Source: an uncultured Aquificales bacterium (GTDB lineage Bacteria > Thermosulfidibacterota > Thermosulfidibacteria > Thermosulfidibacterales > Thermosulfidibacteraceae). Taken from it: 10,733 nucleotides of DNA. Location of the stretch: contig CAYPLO010000013.1 in NCBI GenBank assembly GCA_964411615.1, positions 18,788 through 29,520 on the forward strand, given 5' to 3'. How positions within the stretch are numbered: the stretch's first letter is position 1; every line of letters begins with the position of its first letter. The position numbers and the translations under genes were made by a program. Shown here one piece after another: positions 1 to 8,433 of this stretch. The notes under the pieces were generated by a model that saw nothing but the letters and a program-made list of their open reading frames with translations, ran no database searches and had not been told where the DNA came from.

Positions 1-510
1 GACATAACCCATGTTGTGGGAGTGGTATCTGCAAAGAGGCTCAATATACAGGCGGCTCGCCTGATAAAGACCAGAGACGGCTCCAGAATCTACGTGATAG
101 AGATAACCAAGCCCGACTTTGCCCCTGTGGCGGAAAGAAGCATGGAGGAGCTGGTTGAGGCGGTGAGGGATGCCCTTGGTGGCAGGCTGGATGTAGAGGA
201 AGAGATAAAGAAGAAGCACGTGAGGCTTTCAAAAAAGGAGAGAGTTGTTAAATTTAACACCAAGATAAAGCTGAGCAACTCCATACTCAGGGACTACACG
301 GTGGTTGAGGTGAAGACCCAGGACAGACTTGGCCTTCTCTACTACATACTGAAGGCCCTGAGGTCCCTTGGACTTGAGATACATGTGGCGAAGGTGAGCA
401 CCGAGGGTAACAGGGCCGTTGATACCTTCTACGTCACAAGGGAGGGTGAGAAACTCAAAGAACACCAGTTCTCAGAGGTGGTGAGGGTCCTCAAAGCAGC
501 CCTTGATTAA
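1..510 (+). CDS. glnD: Bifunctional uridylyltransferase/uridylyl-removing enzyme, C-terminal ACT domains (5'-truncated by window edge)
   Basis: Frame is open from base 1 ([27 protein letters not shown]...) to TAA 508-510. Second ACT domain [46 protein letters not shown] matches the GlnD C-terminal pattern (DRxGLL...IhxAkixTxGxraxDxFYV). The first segment resembles the end of ACT1. Confidence 0.85.
   Translation, partial: DITHVVGVVSAKRLNIQAARLIKTRDGSRIYVIEITKPDFAPVAERSMEELVEAVRDALGGRLDVEEEIKKKHVRLSKKERVVKFNTKIKLSNSILRDYTVVEVKTQDRLGLLYYILKALRSLGLEIHVAKVSTEGNRAVDTFYVTREGEKLKEHQFSEVVRVLKAALD
502..510. repeat. 9-bp direct repeat CTTGATTAA, copy 1 (glnD/argD junction)
   Basis: Identical to 1664-1672. 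It overlaps the palindrome TGATTAATCA (504-513). Confidence 0.5.
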
Positions 511-1676
511 TCAGAGCTCAGGCTATCTTCTATTATTTCAACCGCCTTGAGGCATTCCTCCTCGGTTACGTTGAGGGGGGGAAGCAGGCGGACGGTGTTG
601 CCCGCTGCAGGAACCATAAGGAGTCCCCTCTCCATGGCCTTTTCGACGAGACTCTGGGGTTCGTCCACCACCACGCCAAGAAGTAGTCCTCTGCCCCTTA
701 CTTCTCTTACAGGCAGTTTCTTAAGCCTTTGCTTCAGGAATTCTCCCATCTTTCTGGCTCTTTCCCACAGCCTCTCTTCTATAACGGTCCTCAACACCTC
801 TAAAGCCACCCTTGTGGCCAAGGGGTTTCCTCCAAAGGTGGATGCATGGGTGCTCGGCTCCACGGCCTCTGCAACCTTGTCGTTAATGAGGGTTGCCCCT
901 ATGGGGAAGCCGTTGCCCAGTGCCTTGGCTGAGGTCATTATGTCAGGCTCAATCTTATAGAGCTGGTATGCGTATAGGGCTCCGCATCTTCCAACCCCGG
1001 TCTGCACCTCATCAAGTATGAGAAGCAACTCCTTTCTATTGCACAGCTCCCTCAGTTCCTTAAGGTACCCTTCGGGTGGAACCACAACCCCCCCTTCCCC
1101 CTGTATGGGCTCCACCATTACAGCTACGGTCTGGCTGTCTATGGCCTTCTCAACGGCCTCCACATCTCCGTAGGGGACGTGTATGAAGCCCTCAGGCAAC
1201 GGGTCAAACCCTTTCTTAACCTTCTCCTGTCCCGTGGCCGCAACCATGGCCAAGGTCCGGCCGTGGAAGGAGCCCTGGCATGTGATGACCTTGTAGGCAC
1301 CGTTCTTGAATCTTTTGCCCCAGAGCCTTGCAAATTTTACGGCGGCTTCATTGGCCTCCGCACCTGAGTTGCAGAAGAAGACCCTGGATGAGAAGGTGTG
1401 GCTGTTGAGAAGCTCTGCAAGCTCTATCTCCCAGGGAATGAGGTACAGATTGCTGACGTGCCAGAGGGTCTCTGCCTGCTCTTTGAGGGCCTTCACAATC
1501 CTGGGATGGCAGTGCCCTAAGGATACAGTGGCTATGCCTGTGGCAAAGTCCAGGTATCTCTTACCCTCTATATCCCATACGTAGCAGCCCTCCCCCCTTA
1601 CAAGGGCTACAGGGTACTGGCTGTAGGTGGGAGCAAGGCTCCGTCTGCACTTTTCCAGGTAATCTTGATTAAGCAT
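507..1676 (-). CDS. argD: Acetylornithine aminotransferase (class III PLP-dependent), 389 aa
   Basis: Motifs YLDF...[65 protein letters not shown] (PLP Lys), [19 protein letters not shown] overlaps the ccsA stop (ATGCTTAA). Confidence 0.9.
   Translation of the reverse strand: MLNQDYLEKCRRSLAPTYSQYPVALVRGEGCYVWDIEGKRYLDFATGIATVSLGHCHPRIVKALKEQAETLWHVSNLYLIPWEIELAELLNSHTFSSRVFFCNSGAEANEAAVKFARLWGKRFKNGAYKVITCQGSFHGRTLAMVAATGQEKVKKGFDPLPEGFIHVPYGDVEAVEKAIDSQTVAVMVEPIQGEGGVVVPPEGYLKELRELCNRKELLLILDEVQTGVGRCGALYAYQLYKIEPDIMTSAKALGNGFPIGATLINDKVAEAVEPSTHASTFGGNPLATRVALEVLRTVIEERLWERARKMGEFLKQRLKKLPVREVRGRGLLLGVVVDEPQSLVEKAMERGLLMVPAAGNTVRLLPPLNVTEEECLKAVEIIEDSLSSD
1664..1672. repeat. 9-bp direct repeat CTTGATTAA, copy 2 (argD/ccsA junction)
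   Basis: Identical to 502-510. It contains the ccsA stop codon. Confidence 0.5.
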
Positions 1677-2502
1677 AGCTGTGGAGCCCCGATATTATGA
1701 GGTTCACCCCCAGATATGTGAAGAGGACCGCTGCAAAGCCCAGTATTGAGAGAAACGCCGCCTTCTTACCCCTCCAGCCCCTCATGTACCTTGCGTGCAG
1801 GAATGCGGCGTATATGAACCAGGTTATGAGGGACCATGTCTCCTTGGGGTCCCAGCTCCAGTAGGAGCCCCAGGCGTAGTGGGCCCATGCAGCACCCGTA
1901 ACTATCCCCAGGGTCAGCAAGGGAAAGCCAACAAGCACAGCCTTGTAGTTTATCTCATCTAAGATTTCCGCCGAGGGCAGCCTGTCCCATATGCCCCCCG
2001 TTCTGTTCACCTTGAGCAGATACATGATGCTTGCCCCGCAGGATACGGCGAAGGCCGCATAGGAGAGGAAGGCGGTTATGACATGGGCTATGAGCCAGTT
2101 GCTCTGCAGAGCAGGTATCAGAGGCTCAACTTCCGTCCTTATTCCGGGGCCTCCTAAGGAGGTGTAGGCGAGCACTAAGAAGGTGAAGGGGGTTACGAAG
2201 GCCCCTATGGTTCTGTTCTTGTACTTCAGCTCAAATATGAACAGTAGCCAGGCTATGGACCATGCGAAGAAGACCATGGATTCGTAGAGGTTCGTGAAGG
2301 GTGCATGTCCCCATCCCTTCTGTATGGTTATGTAGGTTCTCACCGCCATAGATATGGTGAGCAGCACACCTGTGGCTATGTTGACCAGAGAGGCCAGCTT
2401 CCCCATCTTATCGCTTCTCGTCACGACGTATATGACGTATAAAACGAAAGAGCCGAGAGCGGTGAACGTGGCGTAGGCCACAAATACGGTATCCTTCACC
2501 AT
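1669..2502 (-). CDS. ccsA: System II cytochrome c biogenesis protein CcsA/ResC (WWD-domain heme-handling membrane protein), 277 aa
   Basis: Multiple TM segments. Motifs [22 protein letters not shown] motif [31 protein letters not shown] and C-terminal GLHSYA. GGGGTG SD-like sequence upstream of ATG. Confidence 0.95.
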   Translation of the reverse strand: MVKDTVFVAYATFTALGSFVLYVIYVVTRSDKMGKLASLVNIATGVLLTISMAVRTYITIQKGWGHAPFTNLYESMVFFAWSIAWLLFIFELKYKNRTIGAFVTPFTFLVLAYTSLGGPGIRTEVEPLIPALQSNWLIAHVITAFLSYAAFAVSCGASIMYLLKVNRTGGIWDRLPSAEILDEINYKAVLVGFPLLTLGIVTGAAWAHYAWGSYWSWDPKETWSLITWFIYAAFLHARYMRGWRGKKAAFLSILGFAAVLFTYLGVNLIISGLHSYA

Positions 2503-2506
2503 GGTA

Positions 2507-3886
2507 TCACCCCGCTAAAGCTTTTATCTCATCGCATACGCCCTGGGCCCATTTCTTGAAGGCCTCGTGGTTCCTGTTGGTGGAAAAGCCCAGGGTCACC
2601 TTAACCCCCGACGGCTCCTGCTCTATCCAGGCGAATACCCTTCTGTGTGGATAGAAGAAGGTTATGAGTATAGCCACAATCATCAGTATGCATCCCACCC
2701 AGACCAGCCATACACCAGGGTCCTTGCTCACCTGTAACACCGTGTAAAAGACGGGTTTGAAGCTCACGAACTTCACCTCGTAGTCGCTCTTCTTCTGGTG
2801 GACGTTCGGGAAGAAGGCGAAGACCCACACCCTTGAGGTGCTGTTCCCATGGTCAAGCTCCATGAGGGCGGCGGGATTCCTCAGCTCATCGGACCTGCTG
2901 GTTGGCCCCTCTTCGGTTATCACAAAGTCGGGATAGAAGGCTATGAGCTTGAGCTTCACCCCCATATCCGAAATCTCTTTTTCCTGACCTACCTTTAGAC
3001 TCACCTGCCTCACCTTCCCTGTGCGGGTATCCCTCACCTTGACGGTGAGAACCCCCTCTGAAGGGGAGAAGACTCCGTAGGATGCCTGGTAGAAGTATAT
3101 GCCTTTGTACACAAGGGGGTGGTTCACCATTATCTTGGCCCTCTTAACCACCTTGCCGTCCTCTACAACCTCAACGTCGCTTATGTAGGCCTTGGGAACC
3201 TGTGGGTTGTTCTTGTAGTACTCTATGCGGAAGCTTCTGCACCTTACGTAAAAGGGCAGGGCTATGTTCTCAAACCCTCCCCTGAGTATCACGTTGTTGG
3301 TCTTTCCACCCTCAACTATCATCATGTTGCCCGTGTATCCGAAGATGCTCCCTATGAGTCCACCAACAAGTATGAAGAGGATTGAGAAGTGGGTTATGTA
3401 GACTCCCAGCCTGTTTATCAGCCCCTTCTCCGAGAAAAGATATACGGCTTTTTCCTTCTCTACCTTCTCCTTTGGGGAGAAGCCTTTGCTGCCCAGCAGG
3501 CTTTCAACTTTGTCGGCTATCTCCTTTAGCTCTGCCCCCTTGAACCTCTTGGAGCACTTGAGGGGAAGCTGCTCTATGTACTCCCTGTCTTTCAGTCTGG
3601 CTTCCCTCTTGAAGAAGCTGAGCACCCTGGGAAGCCTGTCTATGGAGCAGACCACCAGGTTTATGGTGAATAGTATCAGCAACAGCTGGAACCACCAGGA
3701 GTGGTACATGTCGTACAGCTCAAGGGCCTTTATTATCTTGGTGAGGGTGGGACCGTATATGCGCTGGTACCCCTCAGGGGTGGGTTGCTGTTTTATTATG
3801 GTCCCTATTATTGACGTGCCGGCTATGAGGAAGAACAGCACTATAGCCGTCTTGATTGAGGAGAACAGCTGCCAGAGTCTCTTCAT
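2507..3886 (-). CDS. resB: System II cytochrome c biogenesis protein ResB/Ccs1 (CcsB), 459 aa
   Basis: N-terminal SSIKTAIVL...[15 protein letters not shown]...NLVVCSIDR, conserved His TM segment [21 protein letters not shown]...YQASY, and LQVSKDPG followed by a TM segment. Lies 4 bp upstream of ccsA. GGAG SD upstream of ATG. Confidence 0.93.
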   Translation of the reverse strand: MKRLWQLFSSIKTAIVLFFLIAGTSIIGTIIKQQPTPEGYQRIYGPTLTKIIKALELYDMYHSWWFQLLLILFTINLVVCSIDRLPRVLSFFKREARLKDREYIEQLPLKCSKRFKGAELKEIADKVESLLGSKGFSPKEKVEKEKAVYLFSEKGLINRLGVYITHFSILFILVGGLIGSIFGYTGNMMIVEGGKTNNVILRGGFENIALPFYVRCRSFRIEYYKNNPQVPKAYISDVEVVEDGKVVKRAKIMVNHPLVYKGIYFYQASYGVFSPSEGVLTVKVRDTRTGKVRQVSLKVGQEKEISDMGVKLKLIAFYPDFVITEEGPTSRSDELRNPAALMELDHGNSTSRVWVFAFFPNVHQKKSDYEVKFVSFKPVFYTVLQVSKDPGVWLVWVGCILMIVAILITFFYPHRRVFAWIEQEPSGVKVTLGFSTNRNHEAFKKWAQGVCDEIKALAG

Positions 3887-3920
3887 CCCCGCTCTCCGTA
3901 TCGGTTTCCGATTTGGACTT

Positions 3921-3949
3921 AGTTAAGTCCCGCCGCCCTGGCTTGTCAA
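3921..3949 (-). promoter_or_regulatory. Putative sigma70 promoter for resB-ccsA-argD
   Basis: Minus strand TTGACA (3949-3944), 17-bp spacer, TTAACT (3926-3921), 34 bp upstream of the resB ATG. Confidence 0.65.
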
Positions 3950-3956
3950 TCCCTTC

Positions 3957-3985
3957 TTGATTTTCCCCTGTGCCTGTAGGATACT
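3957..3985 (+). promoter_or_regulatory. Putative sigma70 promoter for the mlaD-radA-... unit
   Basis: TTGATT (3957-3962), 17-bp spacer, GATACT (3980-3985). An alternative -10 TAGGAT lies at 3977-3982. ATG at 4020 follows. Confidence 0.45.
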
Positions 3986-4019
3986 CAACCAGAACCTTCT
4001 GGGGCTGTCGGGGGTGTCT

Positions 4020-5552
4020 ATGGGAGGGCTTCGGCCTGAGGTTAAGGTGGGGCTGTTTGTCTTTGTGGGACTGCTCGTGCTCGCCTACCTTACCCTCACC
4101 TTCGGAAACATCAGGCTGGGTAGGGAGAGGGGATACAGGGTCACCGTCTACTTTGACAGTGTGTCTGGGCTTGAGAAGAAGGCCTTGGTGAAGATAGCAG
4201 GGGTGGATGTGGGTTATGTGGAGGATATAAGGCTTAAGGGGACCAAGGCGGAGGTGGTTCTCTGGATAAGGGAGGGTGTGAAGATTCCCAAGAACGCCAC
4301 CGCCGTCATAAGGACCATGGGGCTCATGGGGGAGAAGTACGTTGAGATAGTTGGAGGAAGCCCCGATGAGGGCTATGTGTCCTCCGGGGGTTCCTTAGGC
4401 AGGGGCGTCTCTCCTGCCGATGTGGACTACCTGATAGCCCAGCTGTCTGATGTGGCAAAAGACCTGAAGGCGGTGACCAGGAGCTTGAGAAACAGCATAG
4501 GGACCCCTGAGGGGGAGAGGGACATAAAAAAGACCCTGGCCAACCTGAGGGAGCTGACCTCCACCCTTGCCCGCTTATCTATTGAGAATCAGCGGAAGAT
4601 TAACGAGATTGTGGACAACACCCAGAGGCTCACCAGAAGCCTTTCTGAGCTGGTGGAGAAGAACAAAGGCAGCGTCTCCGAGCTTGTGGCCAATCTTGAC
4701 AGGTTTTCCCGCAGGCTTCCCGACATAGCCGATAAGCTGGACAGGGTTCTCAGCACCATATCCGAGCCTGCCACGAGGAAGAACCTCCAGGAGACCATAG
4801 CGGAGCTGAGGAGAGCCTCAAGGAACCTCAGCACCATCACCCAGGATATAGCCCAGGGCAAGGGCACCATAGGCAAGCTGGTTAAGAAGGACGATGTTTA
4901 CAAGGACCTGAAGGAGACCCTGGATACCCTCAAGGAGGGGGCCGACAGGGTCAGAAGAACCAAGCTCACCCTTGAGTTTAAGGGCGACTACATGTTCAGG
5001 GACCTGGGTAAGAGGTACTCCTACTCCAAGGAGCCCGGCAACAGCTACGGCTATTTTAACGTGAGGATACAGCCTAGGGAGGACAGGTTCTACGTGCTGG
5101 GGATAACCTCCGACCCCAGGGGGGATTACGACGAGGAGAGGAAGGTCTACTATGTGGATGGAAGAAAACATACGGTGAGAAGGGTGAAGTACGAGAGGGA
5201 GGTTAAGTTCACCGCCCAGTACGGCATGGGGTTGCTTCCCGACCTGGATATCAGGGTGGGGTTGAAGGACTCCACCGCTGGGATTGGTGTGGATTACAAG
5301 CCCTTCCTTGACGATACCTTAGTGGCCTCCTTTGACCTGTGGGACTTCTCCGGTGAGTACAGCGACCACGGGAACCCCAGGGGCAGGTTCACCCTCCAGT
5401 ATAAGTTCTGGAAGCCCTTCTTCATTGAGGCGGGCTGGGATGACGTCTTCAACTCCAAATTCTCCTCCTTCTTCGTGGGGGCAGGTATGAGGGTGACCGA
5501 TGAGGACCTTAAGTACCTCCTCTTCGGAGGCAACCTGCCCATCAAGAGGTGA
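4020..5552 (+). CDS. mlaD: MCE/MlaD-family protein, 510 aa: N-terminal TM anchor, MCE domain, long helical region, predicted C-terminal beta-barrel
   Basis: Start reassigned from TTG 3957 to ATG 4020 (GGGGTG SD at 4011-4016; EVKVGLFV is a typical MCE N-terminus). MCE motifs FDSVSGL...[11 protein letters not shown]...I and [12 protein letters not shown]. Heptad-like helical middle with GKGTIGKL. Alternating-pattern beta strands in the last ~195 aa. Confidence 0.88.
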   Translation: MGGLRPEVKVGLFVFVGLLVLAYLTLTFGNIRLGRERGYRVTVYFDSVSGLEKKALVKIAGVDVGYVEDIRLKGTKAEVVLWIREGVKIPKNATAVIRTMGLMGEKYVEIVGGSPDEGYVSSGGSLGRGVSPADVDYLIAQLSDVAKDLKAVTRSLRNSIGTPEGERDIKKTLANLRELTSTLARLSIENQRKINEIVDNTQRLTRSLSELVEKNKGSVSELVANLDRFSRRLPDIADKLDRVLSTISEPATRKNLQETIAELRRASRNLSTITQDIAQGKGTIGKLVKKDDVYKDLKETLDTLKEGADRVRRTKLTLEFKGDYMFRDLGKRYSYSKEPGNSYGYFNVRIQPREDRFYVLGITSDPRGDYDEERKVYYVDGRKHTVRRVKYEREVKFTAQYGMGLLPDLDIRVGLKDSTAGIGVDYKPFLDDTLVASFDLWDFSGEYSDHGNPRGRFTLQYKFWKPFFIEAGWDDVFNSKFSSFFVGAGMRVTDEDLKYLLFGGNLPIKR

Positions 5553-6886
5553 TGGGGAAGGGCAGGTTCGTCTGTTCCTCCTGCGGGTATGAGTCCTCCA
5601 AGTGGATGGGTAGATGCCCGCGTTGCGGAGCATGGGGAACCCTTGAGGAGGCAAGAGGGGAAGTAAAAAAGAGTTCCCCTGCCGTCGTTAAGCTTAAAGA
5701 GCTGGATTCTGAGCCTGTTGAGAGGCTCACCTTCTCTTCGGAGCAGCTCAACCAGTTCTTCGGCGGAGGCCTCGCCAGAGGGGCTGTGGTTCTCGTCTCC
5801 GGGGAGCCTGGTATAGGCAAGTCCACCCTGCTATTGCAGCTTCCCCTGTTTCTGAAAGAGAGGGTAAAGATGCTCTATGTGAGCGGGGAGGAGACGGCAC
5901 AGCAGGTCTCGGAGAGGGGAAGGCGCATAGGGGTGGATGATGTGTGGCTGCTCTCAACCCAGGACCTTGAGGAGGCACTGGGTATTGCAGAGGAGGTTAA
6001 GCCTGACCTTCTGGTGGTGGACTCTGTGCAGACCCTGGCTTTAGAGGATGCCCAGGGGGTTGCAGGCTCTCCCACTCAGGTCAGGGCGGTGGCGGAGACC
6101 TTTTTAAGCTTCGCCAAGTCAACGGGGGCTGTGGTTCTTCTGGTGGGCCATATCACCAAATCCGGTGTGGTTGCCGGCCCGAAGCTCCTTGAGCATCTGG
6201 TGGATGTGGTTCTCTACCTTGAGGGGGACAGAAGGTCGCCTCTGAGGGTGCTGAAGTGCGTCAAGAACAGGTTCGGGCCAACCCACGGTGTTGTCCTCTT
6301 TGAGATGACCTCAAGGGGCTTGGAGGAGGTGGAGGACCCTTCATCCTATCTCATAGAGGAGGAGACCCTGGGAAGACCCGGCGTCTCCCTGTCCTGTATC
6401 ATGGAGGGGACCAGGGCCATATCTGTGGAGGTGCAGGCCCTTGTGGCTCCCTCTGTGCATCCCGCCGCATCAAGGAGGGTCTCCTCCATGTTTGACGTTA
6501 AGAGGCTCTTCTTCCTGCTGGCGGTTATGGAGAAGCACTTGGGCATGAACTTTGCAGGCACAGATGTGTATCTCAACATACCCGGCGGGCTTATGGTTAG
6601 GGATACGGCGGTGGACCTGGCGGTTGTGGCATCTGTGTACTCCAGCTTTGTCAATAGGGGGATAGACGAAAGGACCGTGTTCATAGGGGAGGTGGGGCTT
6701 GCAGGGGAGGTGAGATGGGTGAGGGATGTGGAGGCCAGGCTGAGGGAGGCTTCGTCCTTAGGTGTAAAAAGGGCTTTGATTCCTGCGGCTTTTAAGGGTA
6801 AGATAGACTATGAAAAACTTGAAGGTTTGGGAGTAGATGTTGTTCCCGTTAAGACAATAGCAGAAGCGCTGGAGGTGTTCGGTTAG
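5549..6886 (+). CDS. radA: DNA repair protein RadA/Sms (start GTG 5549 or ATG 5552)
   Basis: Zn finger CSSCG...[13 protein letters not shown], Walker [16 protein letters not shown], Walker [33 protein letters not shown] motif, Lon-like C-terminal domain with [10 protein letters not shown]. Confidence 0.97.
   Translation: MMGKGRFVCSSCGYESSKWMGRCPRCGAWGTLEEARGEVKKSSPAVVKLKELDSEPVERLTFSSEQLNQFFGGGLARGAVVLVSGEPGIGKSTLLLQLPLFLKERVKMLYVSGEETAQQVSERGRRIGVDDVWLLSTQDLEEALGIAEEVKPDLLVVDSVQTLALEDAQGVAGSPTQVRAVAETFLSFAKSTGAVVLLVGHITKSGVVAGPKLLEHLVDVVLYLEGDRRSPLRVLKCVKNRFGPTHGVVLFEMTSRGLEEVEDPSSYLIEEETLGRPGVSLSCIMEGTRAISVEVQALVAPSVHPAASRRVSSMFDVKRLFFLLAVMEKHLGMNFAGTDVYLNIPGGLMVRDTAVDLAVVASVYSSFVNRGIDERTVFIGEVGLAGEVRWVRDVEARLREASSLGVKRALIPAAFKGKIDYEKLEGLGVDVVPVKTIAEALEVFG
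6776..6804 (+). promoter_or_regulatory. Putative internal sigma70 promoter within radA, upstream of carD
   Basis: TTGATT (6776-6781), 17-bp spacer, TAAGAT (6799-6804), inside a local AT-rich patch. Strong SD GGAGGTG at 6871-6877 precedes the carD ATG at 6887. Confidence 0.5.
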
Positions 6887-7399
6887 ATGGGAGATGAGCG
6901 TGGTTACAGGGTAGGGGAGAAGGTTGTCTATCCCGCCCATGGTGTTGGGGTTATTGAGTCCATAGACGAGTGGGAGCTTGAGGGGAAGAGGTGGAGGCTC
7001 CTCACCATACGCATACTTGAGACGGATGCCGTCATAAGGGTCCCTGTGGAGAAGGCGGAGAGGATAGGGGTTCGCAGAATCATGGGTGAGGATGTGCTTG
7101 AGAAGGTCTTTCAGGTGCTGAGGGAGAGGCCCGAAAAGGAGACCGAGGCTAAGAAGGTGAGCTGGACGGTGAAGCACAGAAACTATCTTGAGAAGGTGAA
7201 GAGCGGCGATGTTAGGGTGGTGGCTGAGGTTTACAGGGACTTGATGCTTCTCAGGAAGGAGAAGGAGCTTTCCTTTGGCGAGAGGAAGATTCTGGAGTCC
7301 GCCCAGCAGTTTCTGGCCTCCGAAATCTCCGAGGCCAAGGAGATAAGTCTTGAGGAGGCAGAGAGGCTCCTTGAGAGGATAGTGGAGGGTGAGGAGTGA
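6887..7399 (+). CDS. carD: CarD/CdnL-family RNA polymerase-binding transcription regulator, 170 aa
   Basis: YRVGEKVVYPAHGVGVI RNAP-interaction domain, VPVEKAERIGVR, conserved Trp in VSWTVKHR, KVKSGD...AEVYRDL, LSFGERKIL...SEIS. Abuts the radA stop. Confidence 0.95.
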   Translation: MGDERGYRVGEKVVYPAHGVGVIESIDEWELEGKRWRLLTIRILETDAVIRVPVEKAERIGVRRIMGEDVLEKVFQVLRERPEKETEAKKVSWTVKHRNYLEKVKSGDVRVVAEVYRDLMLLRKEKELSFGERKILESAQQFLASEISEAKEISLEEAERLLERIVEGEE

Positions 7400-8433
7400 G
7401 GTTCAGCCTCATCCAGTGGGTCATAGTGATATGCGGAGTTATACTGGGTGGGCTCATCGGAAGGTATTACGTCGGATACCAGGGGATTCCCTTAGGCGGC
7501 ATCCTTGGAGCGGCGGTATCTCTCTTCATAATCTACATCATCAAGAAGATTATCGCCTTCAAGATTAGGGACCTCATAGGCACCGCCGCCGGTATAGCTT
7601 CAGGTGTCCTTCTGGCAAACTACGCATACAACCTCCTGCCCGTCTCCTTTCCCACCCTCCCCCTTGAGTTCATGTTCAGGCTCTTTCTGGCGGTGGTCTT
7701 TGGATACATGGGTGGGCTTGTGGGGGCCAAGATAGCGGAGACAGCCTTTCCCGCACCATCCCGTCCCCCCTTCAGGATGAGGAACGCAAAGCTTCTTGAT
7801 ACAAGTGCCATAATTGACGGCAGGATAGCCGATGTCTGCGATACCGGGTTCTTTGAGTACAACCTGATAGTCCCCTCCTTCGTTCTCAAGGAGCTTCAGC
7901 ATGTGGCTGACTCAACGGACCCTCTGGTGAGGAACAGGGGCAGAAGGGGCTTTGATGTGCTGAAGAGGCTTAAGGAGAATCCAAGGATAAAGGTGAGGAT
8001 AGAGGAGGTGGACTATCCGGAGATTGAGGAGGTTGACGACAAGCTCATAGAGATGGCAAAACGCTACAAGCTCAAAATCATCACCACCGACTACAACCTC
8101 AACCAGGTGGCCAAACTTAAAGGGGTTGAAGTGCTGAACATAAACGACCTGGCAAAGGCACTGAGGCCTGTGGTCCTTCCAGGAGAGAGTATGGAGGTCT
8201 TCCTGGTGAAGAAGGGGAAGGAGCCCCATCAGGGTGTGGGCTACATGGAAGACGGAACCATGGTTGTTGTGGAAAACGGCGAGAGGTTCATAGGCAAAAA
8301 GGTGAGGATAACGGTCACCAGCCTGTTGCAGTCCTCGGCGGGCAGAATCGTCTTCGGCAAGATGGAGGGTGTGGTTGAGGAGAAGGCCCACCATCAGCAT
8401 CATAAAAGCTCTAAGGGGAAGGGCGGAGAGTGA
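7396..8433 (+). CDS. Membrane-anchored PIN/TRAM domain protein (YacL-like putative RNase), 345 aa
   Basis: About four N-terminal TM segments. PIN motifs LLDTSAIIDGRI, FVLKELQHVADS, RGRRGFDVL, EVDDKL, TTDYNLNQVA, LNINDLA. TRAM region GKEPHQGVGYMEDGTMVVVE...LQSSAGRIVF. GTGA overlap with carD and GAGGAG SD-like sequence. Confidence 0.92.
   Translation: MRFSLIQWVIVICGVILGGLIGRYYVGYQGIPLGGILGAAVSLFIIYIIKKIIAFKIRDLIGTAAGIASGVLLANYAYNLLPVSFPTLPLEFMFRLFLAVVFGYMGGLVGAKIAETAFPAPSRPPFRMRNAKLLDTSAIIDGRIADVCDTGFFEYNLIVPSFVLKELQHVADSTDPLVRNRGRRGFDVLKRLKENPRIKVRIEEVDYPEIEEVDDKLIEMAKRYKLKIITTDYNLNQVAKLKGVEVLNINDLAKALRPVVLPGESMEVFLVKKGKEPHQGVGYMEDGTMVVVENGERFIGKKVRITVTSLLQSSAGRIVFGKMEGVVEEKAHHQHHKSSKGKGGE

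Noticed and set aside
507..1676. HemL (glutamate-1-semialdehyde aminomutase), suggested by proximity to ccs genes
   Set aside because: The motifs are ArgD-type (SGAEANE, FHGRT, AKALGNG, STFGGNP), not HemL-type (SGTEA, YHGH, GKIIGGG, GTLSGNP).
2500..2509. Fused CcsBA by TGA readthrough or selenocysteine
   Set aside because: The ccsA ATG is out of frame with resB (4-bp gap) and has its own SD-like sequence.
3957..4019. N-terminal extension of the MCE ORF from TTG 3957
   Set aside because: No SD, it overlaps the candidate promoter, and the family-typical N-terminus starts at ATG 4020, which has a GGGGTG SD.
5700..5780. Divergent RadA segment (LNQFFGGG instead of the usual LDRVLGGG) as a sign of inactivation
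   Set aside because: The Zn finger, Walker A/B and KNRFG motifs are intact and the length is normal, so this looks like ordinary divergence.
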